DNA from: Macrostomum lignano
Lineage: Eukaryota
Assembly (NCBI GenBank): GCA_002269645.1
Contig: NIVC01000337.1
Span: forward strand, 310,001-374,000
Direction of reading: 5' to 3'
Length of the DNA: 64,000 nucleotides
The notes under the pieces were generated by a model. The model made no database searches and was not told where the DNA came from. It saw nothing but the letters and a program-made list of their open reading frames with translations. Both the position numbers and the translations under genes were made by a program. The first letter of the stretch is position 1, and each line of letters begins with the position of its first letter. Of this stretch, positions 36,407-47,436 are shown in pieces.

Positions 36407-39256
36407 TCACTTGGCAACAGCCGACACAACGGTAGCAGCAGGGTTATTGGTGTAGAACTGGATGTTGTTCTCTGCCTCGGGCCTCGCGTACACTGCGTAC
36501 AGCTTCGGAGCGAACAGGATCGACAGCAGCAGCGCGTGCGTGAGGCTGGACGAGAACGCAAGCAGCAACATTGCGGTAGTCAGAGAGCTGGCCGAAAGAG
36601 CGGACGGAACGAACGCCGACCACAAGAAGAGGCCGGACACTCCGCAAGCCAGGATGCACTTGGTGTCGTGAAAGTTGTCCGGAAGCGATCGGGTCTTCAG
36701 CGACAGGCCGCACGTGACAGTCAGGATCAGCAGGTTACAGCACAGCGGAGTCCAGAATGCCGTGGTCGCGATCGCGCAGTTCTTCTCCACGACTGGTCGG
36801 ACCGAAGGATCGGTCACAATCTGTTTGAGCTCCGAGCTCAGTGGTCGGAACACGGTCACTCCGCTAAGCAGCAGGCACTGCAATGCACCGCATGGATGGG
36901 TTCTAATCTCATTTGCTGGTGCGTGTCATATGCTCGTAGCTACACATTTGTCCTACAGCATGTCCTGCGTTTGTCCTACAGCATGTCCTGCATTTGTCCT
37001 ACAGCATGTCCTACATTTGTCCAACAGCATGTCCTGAATTTGTCCTACAGCATGTCCTGCATTTGTCCTACAGCATGTCCTGCATTTGTCCTACAGAATA
37101 TCCTGCATTTGTCTTTAAAGCATGTCCTGAATTTGTCCTACAGCATGTCCTGCATTTGTCCTACAGAATTTCCTCACCATTCCAAAAATGACTGCGGCCA
37201 GCATCATCAGCATCGGCTTCTGTCGCGCGAGCCAAGGTACCGGACGACCCACTCTGGATGCAGAGAAGATCAGATGGACGCGAAGGGTCTTCACCAACTG
37301 ACTCGCGTAGCAAGCAGTCAGGCTGAGCTGGAATGCGCAGTTCAAAGCATTGCACATTACGTGCGAGCTGTCTACAGCGAACAGACCGAGACACGCTAGA
37401 CCGAGGAGGTTCCCACACATGCACGTGACGGACAAGTGTATCGACGAGGCCTTGATGAGCTTGTGGTGTCGACGGTTGATGAACAGAGCGAGCACGACGA
37501 CCAGGAAGATCGAGAGTAGAGCGAGACATGCCAGCAGCACAGGAAACTGCAGTCCGTCTCTCCACGCGTACACCGGTATCGACTCGCAGCTCAGCCGGTC
37601 TTGACTGGGCCAGTGAAACTCCGAACACGACAGACACGACTTGCCATCATCCGACACGATCTCCTGCTTGAAGCACGGCTTGCACGTAAAGCAGCAAGCA
37701 TCTGTCTCCAACTTGATTTCGCCAGCACTGCACGGAGCACTGCAGAATGACTTTGGCAGTTCCGACTGAGCTGCATGCTGATCGGAGCTCGAGTTCTGCC
37801 ACCATCGAATAGGTGTGAGGTCGCTCAACGTAAGACCGGCTGACTCCGTCCACGTTCCGACCTTCACCAACTGACCGTCCGGCTGCTCCTGACGAATCTC
37901 GTAGGCCGGCGATCCGTCACCGCTCGAGTCGAAGCTCACGTTTCCGGTTCGCATGAAAGGGAAGCTGGAGTTCGCAAGCAGCTTCATCACCTTCGGACCT
38001 GTGACACATGCACTCACAGCCGTAACATTCGGCCACTTTGTCGCGCAATCGATCAGAGCGACACGCTCGATACACGAGACCAGAATGTTGATTGAGTCCA
38101 GAAGTCTTGCGACAGGAGCCACCTCAGAGTCGATTGATAGACTCGACTTTGAGCCGACTCTACAACTGCCGTCAGAGCAGCACGATGCAGCGCTATCCAA
38201 TGTGCAGTTGAAGAGAAGTCGGAGCAGTTGTTCGCCGAACGGATAGCCGAGGACCTCAGACCCGTTCAGTGAGTGGTAGAACTGGATGAGGTCGGGCGTG
38301 GCGAACTTTGTAAACGAGGTATAGATCGCACCCGTGGTGAAATGTTTGTAGGCAACGGAATTCGCATCCGTTGTGATGATAACTCCTTTTCTGCTACTTA
38401 TCACTTGGAGTACAAACTCAGGCATTTTGCTAAACGTGTCAAACATAAGAAAGCCACGCAGGTGGGGGTACTGACTCATCTGGGTGTCGACATCCTCCTT
38501 TGTCAAAAACATGTTGATAGGTAAAGTGAAAGCCACGCACACTGTCTGACCGAATTTGCTACTTTGCTGAAGCAGTAGACGCGTGTTCTGGAGCAGTCCT
38601 CTACCGTACACATCGTCTCTGTGCACGATTCCTACCATGGTCCAGTTGAAGTACTGCACGAGGTGTACGACTGCCTTGGCCTGGTAGCTGTCAGGAGCTA
38701 CTTGACGGAACACGTTGGGGTAGAGCGTCTTGTCCGACAGAGCATCGCTGCTGCACTCGTTTCCGACCTGCGGCATGGAGTAGAGAGACAGCTGACGGGA
38801 CACCAGCTGCGTCTCGCTGCTACGCCAGCCCGACACGACGGCATGAACGAAGTAGAACTTTTCTCCGAGGCTGGACACTACCTGGTCGCAGAATCCGGCA
38901 GCCGCATCAAGGCCGGTCGGGTGTGTCCATGCGGGCCTTATCCGCTTCAGCATGTCCACCAGACGACGGTCCAGGTAGCACGGATCAAGATGGAGCAGAC
39001 CGAGGCGGAGATTGCGACTGGTCCATTTCGCATTGATGAGTTTAGCAGCGTAGTGCGGTGCCAGATTGCGCAGAAAAATTTGTTCGCTTATCATTGAATT
39101 GTGAGTGTCACAGTATTTATTCACACTTTGCAGAACGGCTAAGTTGATGAGGCCGTTCGGGACGCATAGCACCTGTCCAGGGTGGTACTCTACATTCTGG
39201 GCTGTAACTGTGTGCAAAAGATAAAGCGCAACAACTGTGGTTGCTGAGAGGGCCAT
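36407..39256 (-). CDS. Class C GPCR (mGluR/CaSR/taste-receptor-like), copy A, 849 aa
   Basis: Exons 39256-37178 and 36877-36407. Signal peptide, Venus flytrap domain (SDALSDKTLYPNVFRQVAPD...FNWT), Cys-rich domain (FCSAPC...CCFTCKPC), 7TM with VKTLRV, KTRSLPDNFHDTK and LFAPKLY. Confidence 0.95.
36950..37170. repeat. ~23-bp minisatellite (CAGCATGTCCTGCATTTGTCCTA) in the GPCR A intron; homologous arrays at ~47975-48200 and ~59800-60060
   Basis: Read directly in all three paralog introns. Confidence 0.93.
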
Positions 39257-42200
39257 CGTTGCTAAAAATTTGCTAGTTTTTTTCCGTTAAGACAGAAGAA
39301 AGAGGCAGTCCGTTTTGGCAGTTTAATTTTATGTTGAGCCCGAGACTGCCAGCAATTGGCTGCTGGCCAACCCGTGGGCGCCTTTCATCGGTTCAATTTT
39401 TATAGGCTCCTATTGTGCGACTCTGATGGAGATGGTTTCTGTCGTGGAACCGGATAGAGCTGGCTGACGAAGGTTTTTAGCTGAGTGATGTATGCGATCT
39501 TGGCTTTTACCAGAGTGTCAAACAGTCTAAGAGGAAATATAATTTACTAGCGTATGCAACCCAATAGGTAGCTATAAATTTGTCTCTTCGTTTGCGGATA
39601 CAGGGCCATAAGGTCTAACGCAAACACTCAACTCATGATCCTTCCGATCTCTCTCGGCCTCATCAACCACTCATCAGTCTCTGCGACAGTTAACCAGGTC
39701 CAACCAGCTACAGGTGAGAGCTCGCCAAAAGTAAACAGCCCTGTCCATTGTTCAAGTTTGGCCAGATAAAACAGAGGAAGAGAGCGAAAAAGATCTTTTA
39801 GCCTAAAACAGGAAAATTTAGTGAGCCAGCAAATATCGTATCAGCATGGCATTCCCCCTATTGGGCCTGAGCTCTAGCAGGCCGGTCATCAGGCCCTTTG
39901 CGCATGATGCAGCAGATTCGGACAATGAAGAGCAAAGGCTGGATGAATGCTCCTCTCAGTCATTGCTTCACCGGTGTCATTTGCTATGTCCCATTTAGAA
40001 TAGAGCTTGGCCGAATGATTTTTGCTAGCCAAGTTTGCAGCTCATTGCGGGTGATTCTGAGTATTACTTGGGATTAACTTGGATGTAAAAAGTCTGATAT
40101 ATGCCAACACTGATGACTTTGCGGCACCCAAAACAAAGCAACTCGAAAACCTACAAAATGGTTTAATACAAACGACCAAATGCTTGTTCCTGTCTTAGCG
40201 GGTGTAGCTCGTACTCAAAGTTTTACTTTTACCTGTTTTAATTAGTTTAAAAAGTTACTCGAGACAATTGTGTCGCTTAGGCCACTCTATTGTGGGATCG
40301 TTTCGTGGTGTGGCAGTTCGGTCCTGTAACAGTTTTTTATATGACAGCTTGGTCATGTAACCTTCTTTCGTGTGACATTTCGGTCATAACCCTTTTGTCG
40401 TGTGGCAATTTGGTCATGTACTCGTATATCACCAAAACTGCATCAGTCAGCGATATTTGAAAACTACACAATAACAAGAGAGTTTGAAAACTTATTGGTG
40501 AGAAAATATTTTGAACGCCTGTATGCAAGTTTCATGTGAACACTTAGCTAGATCAGAGCCGTGCGGCATTAGGCAGCTCCACCAGTATCGCAGCAGTACT
40601 GCTGTCGCAGATCTTGGGTGTTGATGTCAGCAGTTTTCGTGTGAGCTTGACGCTCTAAGTGCAAGCCAACTTCATCAGGCTGAATTTCTCCGTTTTTCGC
40701 TTGTGCAAACCATTAGGCTGGCAAGCACAATGAACTTCCGTTTTGCACTGGTCTTGCTGTCCTGAGATGATCTGTTGATTGTCGATGTTCGTGCTGCTGA
40801 GATCGTTGATGCTGCTTCTGCTGCTGCTGTTGTTTTTGTTGTTATTGACGGGCCCAGCTGGGTCACCTGGTCATTGGGCCGACGGGGACGGTCTAGCTGC
40901 AACATGGCACAGCCAGTCGTCATTGTCCCGCTCGCCTCTGGACAGGGGCCTTGCACCACCGCGTCGCCGCGCAAGTGTGCAGAGGGCATGTCGGCGAGCT
41001 TGCCACCAGGTCCACCAGGGTCAACCCCAGCGGAACCGTAATACCAGCTTTCGTGTCCGTAGCCAGCGGACCTTCCACGCCACGCCTGACAGTCCAGCAC
41101 CGGCGGCCAGCCCCGATGGGGTCTAGCCAGTGTCTGGAGCTGCTCAGAGCCCTGCTGGATGTGAGGCTGCTGCTGCTGCTGGTGTAAGCCGAACTAAGTT
41201 GGGTGTGCCTTAGACAGAGGCTAGCGTTCGCAACGTTGGCGCCTACTTTTTAACTTTGGTCCCCTCGCTCCAGGCTCACGTTGGGTCCTCTCGTTGCCGT
41301 CCAGCCTCGGCCAGGTTACACGACCAGGTGCCCTAGGCCTAGCCTAATTCCGGTTCCTAATCCTAATCCTATCAACATTTTCCTATGGCTCATAAGGCTA
41401 TTCGTCATTTCGTAGGAAATTTTATTGTTCGCCAAAATACATTGAACAAAAGATCACTACAAGCTCGAATGTTTATTTTAGTTTATTTATTTGTCCGAGA
41501 TTTCGTCAACCGGGGTAAAAAAGAGTCTGCTACAGCTTCTTGTAAATTGTTCTCTGGATTGTACGAGGCGAGAATTCATATTTACTAGCCTCCCAAGTGA
41601 GTCGGGGCAGCAGTTGAAGCTGCGCTGAGTACATTGCACAAGGGGAGAGCGAGGTGCAGCGGAAAGCAAAGAGAGACGCGTCGTCAGAGTTGACGATGCC
41701 CCTTGGCGTTTGAAAAGCACGCACCTGCAGTACAATAGCAACCCCCAACCCCGATCTAGCGACCAGTGTACACACGTACACTACAAAGGTTAGAGAGCAG
41801 ATCAGTGTGCAAGACAACCCTAGCCACGTACACCCGATGGAAGGCGCCGCAGTTACACTTGTCCTCTTTTGAATGCATGACTTTCATACCGCATGTAGCG
41901 AGGGTAAAGAAAGCATTAATACATTTGCTAGTGTATTAATGTTTGCACGGTAGACGTTAGGATTGGACCCAGTGTGATACCAACCTCTTGTACTAGAGGT
42001 CTCAGGCTCGATTTTCAGGCTCGAGGAGTGACATCGAGGGCCAGCTGGGCATGGAGTGAGTAACGTCTCCATATTACTATATTTTGTTAGTCAAACTGAC
42101 GTAAAGAAAAGCACGAATTACTTATTGCCATTTCATATTTATTTGTAACTCTCCGTTCGGCCGCGTAGGATCGAAATCATGAGCGAGATTTTCTACCAGC

Positions 42201-42789
42201 AACGCGGACCCAAATTCCCAGAGTTTTGATGGTGCTTCATTTCACTACGAGGAAAATAGGGCAAAGCCAGGCGGCCAACCCACCACTGGATAAGTGCCCG
42301 TGAGTGGTCGCCATCCAAAGCCGCATAAATCAACTGTTCAAAGCAGACGACGCGTCACTAACTACATGCGATCTCCGCTTTCTTCAGAACCGCATCGGTA
42401 TTCAGCAAGGCGCGCGCCAGTCTGTCAATGGCTTTCAAGCTTTATTCACCATAATGCACTTTTTCTCAGTTGACTTTTGAAGACAACTGTCCGTGAAGAC
42501 GCCAATAAGTCATCAGATTCATGAATAAAGTCATTTTTCAACGCAATACTGATGCATAAAAATTGAGCATAAAATCATTATTGATTCAATGTGCATTATG
42601 TTGAGCCGTGAGCCGCGCTACTCGTGTCAAAAGTTTATTACACTTAAATGAGAATAAAACACATTTTCCACATGCAACCAGATAACAACTGTAGGACGGT
42701 ACGAGTACATCTGACGTACTCGCCACTAGCTGGTTTCGCGGGCAAAAGCACTCTGACTGTCCAAAGTTCTACTGGGCACCAATAGCTGC

Positions 42790-43260
42790 GACCAGCTGAT
42801 GGAGTTGGCAGCCGCGGCGACCGGGCGTCACGTTGACCCGCTGGCGAAGGAGATGATGGAGCAGGGCGTGAAGCCTACATCGGAACACCTTCCCGTGTGG
42901 CGCTGCGTCGCGGGCGACCCGCTCCAATTGTTTCCGGATCCACTCAACTTGTGAGAAGATAGCGCAATCACCAGAGACTCGGTCTACCGCTTCGGCCTAG
43001 ATCTGAATGATAAATGTGCAGTGTGCGAGGAAACCCGATAGCGCTGTTCACCTCCTCATCGACTGCCCGGATTATCAACCGGCTCGTAGTCAGGTCTGGG
43101 GAGGTGGCTGCATCGACATAGACGACATCTTCAGAGACGCGAGCCTCATCTGCCGCTACCTTCGCAATGTGGGCCGCACGGACCCGCCCATTGACGATCT
43201 TGGCGGACGGACAGCTGCCCCTTGCCGCGGGCGAGGACAGGCGGGAGTGAAGAGAGAAAG
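42790..43260 (+). mobile_element. 5'-truncated, frameshifted 3' end of an RNase H-bearing non-LTR retrotransposon
   Basis: VDPLAKE (end of RNase H) followed by CAVCEE.DSAVHLLIDCPDYQPAR (terminal CCHC-type motif of LINE ORF2). Confidence 0.7.
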
Positions 43261-45494
43261 AGAGAGCAGGGTTTTGAACTCAGAGTATCGGATGATTCCA
43301 GGCGAGATTCGGATCTTCCATTTGGCAAGGCGTCAGATGGGGCCTGTAAGTTGGCTGGCAATTTACACTAGCTTTGCGCTTGATGTTGACCTTACAATCT
43401 GATCACGGATGCGAACAGTTCCATCAGGCGCTGTCAGCCGAGAATACTGCCTGGGTCGGCTATGAGGTGCCTCTGTGACCTCACTCTGCCAAAACACACG
43501 AGTCCCCCGAGTTTACTTAGGTGGAAACTTTCTTGACCAAGAAATTATGCCTGCCGCGTGAGTTCGTCAACCATTGCAACAGCTCATGTGAAAGAAATGG
43601 GCTCAGTGCTGAGCGCTTCTCATCGCTGTCTTGACAGAAAACAGTTTTAATCAGCAAATTTTAAAACGAGTCAAATACATATTAGCAAATATGAACGGAT
43701 GCTAAGCTGTACAGTAGCTACAGCTGATTTCACGTTGATTTGGATTGCTTAGGCTCATCTGAAACTATCAGCCAAACTGCGAACTTCCAAAATCTTTTTG
43801 ATTCAGCACGTACGCTCGTATTTTAGATTTTTTCTTACTCATTACAGCAGTTTTTGCGCTTTCAGTTTTCTCCAACAGCCACACTGGTGCCTGAGAACCC
43901 TGCAAGCTTCATCTAATGACGATATGGGATTTAGCTGACCCTGTCACAGAATATACACAGAATAGCGATTCGGCAGTCTCTATGAAAGCGAAATAAATTG
44001 CACTTGCACTACTAACGTTGTGAAGCTGATAAGTAGTTGCGATTTTTTAACGCGAGTTGAATGTAAAAGTCGAGCTCAAGATAGCCTTTGAAGCTTTGAG
44101 TCGTCGTTTTGACGCTGCAGCATGAATGCTGCGCTATCATTGTAATTAATTTGTTCATAATGGTGCGTGCGCAAAGTCAGCAGCAGTAGTAACAACTGTT
44201 ATAACCTCATTGCCATATATATGTAAGCTAAAAAACAAAAGTAACAAACATATAACAACAGGTTAAGTTTTAGCCCTGCACGCAAGGCAGGAAATACCAG
44301 GCGCCAACAGAAATTGCAAATCTCATGCAATCACACTCATCCGCTTGAACTTCCCTGATTGCTCACTGCAAAATGCTCGCCCATGCTTTCTCTCCTGAGC
44401 ACAATCCTGCGCCATTGCAGCAATGGTGTAAGCGCAGCTTCGAAAACAGCCTTGCAATGCCCATCACGCATCTCTCTGAGTGCTCTGCAGTGCAATGAGT
44501 CGCAATAATGATGCATTCATTGGCCAATAATTTGCTGATTCTGTGTGACACACCAGCATGCATGAACTTTGGCACTTCCAGCAATTTGAATTAGCGTTCC
44601 ATCTCAGTGACAGCTCTGATTGTAGAGTGTTCTACCTCCCTCAAAAAGTGATAAAATTGTTAACGTACTACTTACATAGTAGTAAGACAAGTAGCATGTA
44701 TAAGAATAAGCGTTGAATCACATATATATTTTTAATCAACCAATCAGAAGAGCGAAAAACAACATTATTTTTAGCAACCAACCAATCACGTGTGTGACCT
44801 ACATTTGTCAGTTCAAACCCCACCTACGATTCATTCATTCGGCTTGCACCCGGATGAACCAATCAAAGATATCTAAAAATAGCTCAGCTACGGTAACAAT
44901 CATGCGCGCTTACACTAGACTAGTTGCTTAACTTTCTACCCTGTCATCTTGACAGCAACCAAAGCGTGACCCTTTGACATTTACGAAAAAGGTGATGGAC
45001 GACCTCGAGAGAGGTCCATTTGCCTATAAATACAAGTGGTCCGAAGCGGACCGGAGCCATAGACGAGACGAGAGGAGAAGCTCCGAAGAGGAAGCCTTAG
45101 GAGGACTTCCTGATCACCAAGTCAATCGAGACTCGCGTCGAGTTGTTGCGGTAAGTAAGCCTTGCTCATTTGCGCCCGTGGTTTGAGTCGACTCACTCAA
45201 ACTGAGTGATAGTGTTAGAGTCTGTTGAGACTCTTGAGTCCATCTGAGACTCCATTGGTTGTAGTCACCCGAAGGACTACCCTAAAAGATCTTAGAGGAT
45301 CTATTAGAGATTACCGGAGCAATACCTAGAGTGCATTGAGGCACTACTAGAAGGAGAAGGCTTAAGTGAAACCGCAGATCGGCGCAGGGTACCCATTGTT
45401 GACACGAGGCCTCTGATTGGTCCTGACTGCAGATACCGGCCGGAAACAAATTCATCGGAAGTAAAAGAAGATACAGGACCAGATCAACCGATTC

Positions 45495-46075
45495 TAGACG
45501 TCTACACTTCCTGAAGGACAGGAACGCAACAGATTGCAACAGAACTACAAGGAGATCTCTCAAATCGGACTCAAGGGAACAGATACCTTCATTTGATAAC
45601 TGGGTTGCCTAGCAAAGTAGCTAGAAGTAATTGTTCCTTGATTACTGAGAAAGTCTTGGTAGTAAGGAACACATCATGATAACTGCTCGGCTTGGAATGG
45701 CTAAGCTGTCATCGCACTTGCACTTCAGTCGCAGGAAGCGTGTCCGATCAAATTGCTCCCTTCAGTTCTTGCTGGCACACCTCACACTTGCACTTGGTTT
45801 CAAAGAAGCGGAACAGCAACCAACCGCCGACATATGCGCACTTCTCGTGATCTAAGTCATCCGATGTAGCAAAGAGCTCATCACCTGCTTCTGTGAGATC
45901 TGAGTCACAAGTGTTGCTCTGAATGGTGGACTGGATCTGGAGCTTCTTGGCTCACTGCAGCCTTGGATGCTCTCTGGCTGCTGGAAACCGGTGAAATTTA
46001 GTGCCCGGCGGACACTTGTCGGCGTAGTTGAGGCATCCGTACGCAGCGCACTGAAGCCTCGAAGCAGACGCAGGC
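45495..46075 (-). mobile_element. Degenerate P-element/THAP9-like transposase C-terminal remnant
   Basis: Broken frames give FSALRT...TPTSVRRAL, CAYVGGWLL...CKCEVCQQEL and FLRLK...LAIPSRAVIMMC, matching P-superfamily C-terminal motifs. Confidence 0.6.
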
Positions 46076-46391
46076 ATGCAAAAACAGTATCACAATAAGC
46101 TGCGTATTCAAACTCTAGCAGATATGCCTTCGGTATTAGCACTTTTGAAGCCAAACCTAGCTTCAGCAGCACTAGCTTGTGCCATTAAGAATGCAATACA
46201 ACAAATGCAGTCTAGCGCGATCAAAAATGCATTTGACCTGCATGCTTTCATGCCACAAGCTCGTGCTAGAAAGCCCAAGGCATGCTGTCTATGGCACTAA
46301 CTTAGAGCGCAGAGGCAGCAGAAGCCAGGGCCAGCCTTAAGGTAGTTTCTAAAAATAGAACAGTTTAGAAGGGGGGTGGGTTGGTTCTATC

Positions 46392-46418
46392 CATAGATAG
46401 AATGTTTTAGTATCTGTG
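46392..46418. mobile_element. 27-bp micro-element flanked by the 8-bp direct repeat GTTCTATC
   Basis: CATAGATA...TATCTGTG termini; its right end is the reverse complement of CACAGATACTAAAA, identical to the MITE end at 3087. Confidence 0.65.
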
Positions 46419-46899
46419 GTTCTATCAAGCCTTTCTATATTCTGTGGGACAAACCCGCAATAAATGGCAAAGAATTGGTAAAGTGCCATTCAGCCTACTT
46501 AGTCTTTCTTCACAACAAGAGTAGCCAGAATAGAATATCATTCTTGTGCAAGAAATTTTCTCAAAATGCGGGATTCGCCATTCTGTGTGTATTCTGTGAC
46601 CCTGATTGTGCCGCAGGCGAGATAAGTCAGCAAGGTGAATCGACAAACATTTGCTTGAATGCCTGTATAAATCTGAGCAGACTGTTAACTGACTCCGTGA
46701 CCTGTTGTGTTCTGCTTGAGTAAATCCAACATACTCATTTTTAACCTCTGGCATGCTTTCTGCTGTTGGCTGTCAGCTATTATGCACTAATGTAAAGAAA
46801 ATGATTTTACGCTCGTAAACTTTATAATCATATTTATATAAATAAAGAAAAAATTATAAAGCTTTTACTGCAATCAGGTCTTCCTGGCTAGTCACCCGG

Positions 46900-47015
46900 T
46901 CTTCCTGTCATCGATTCTTCCAGTCGTACGGTTCTCCAGTCTTTTGATCTTCCTTCTGGTCTTCCAGTCTCCCGTTCTTCCAGTCTTCCATCTTCCAGTC
47001 TTCCGCTCTTCCAAG
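46900..47015. repeat. Low-complexity TCTTCCAG-type repeat
   Basis: Read directly. Confidence 0.7.
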
Positions 47016-47436
47016 TCGCGGTGCAGGTATTGCAATTAAAGCGGATCTGTCCAGCTCTGATAAATTTGTTCAAGAGCAAAGGCGTCGCAATGCTATGACA
47101 ATTATTAAGTTTTTAAGCTTCCTAGTGAAGTTAAAAAAGTGTAGACGACGAAACTCTTTAAACTAAATCATAGGAAACTGTGACTTAGTGTGCAGGTTTA
47201 AAAATTACACAAGGCTAAAGTGTAGCGTCGGTTGAACAACTTTGAATAACTCAGAATAAGTTTGCATGCTGGATAAAATATCACAATTAGGGGCGTTTAA
47301 CCAAACAGCATACACTTCAGAATTCAAAAAAATCGATTAAACTAAAAACACGCTATTGTGCATACCAAACGAAATCAATGCTCAAAACTCTGCATTTAGT
47401 TGCAATGAGTCAAAGGTCCCTAGTCACTAAGAGTCA

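Noticed and set aside
39637-40070. Possible two-exon small gene on the + strand (MILPISLG...|GRSSGP...)
   Set aside because: Splice sites are plausible but the product has no recognisable features; could be chance.
40675-41190. Overlapping ORFs in a GC-rich, CAG/CAA-rich patch
   Set aside because: No recognisable domain and no supported exon structure; probably a decayed repeat element.
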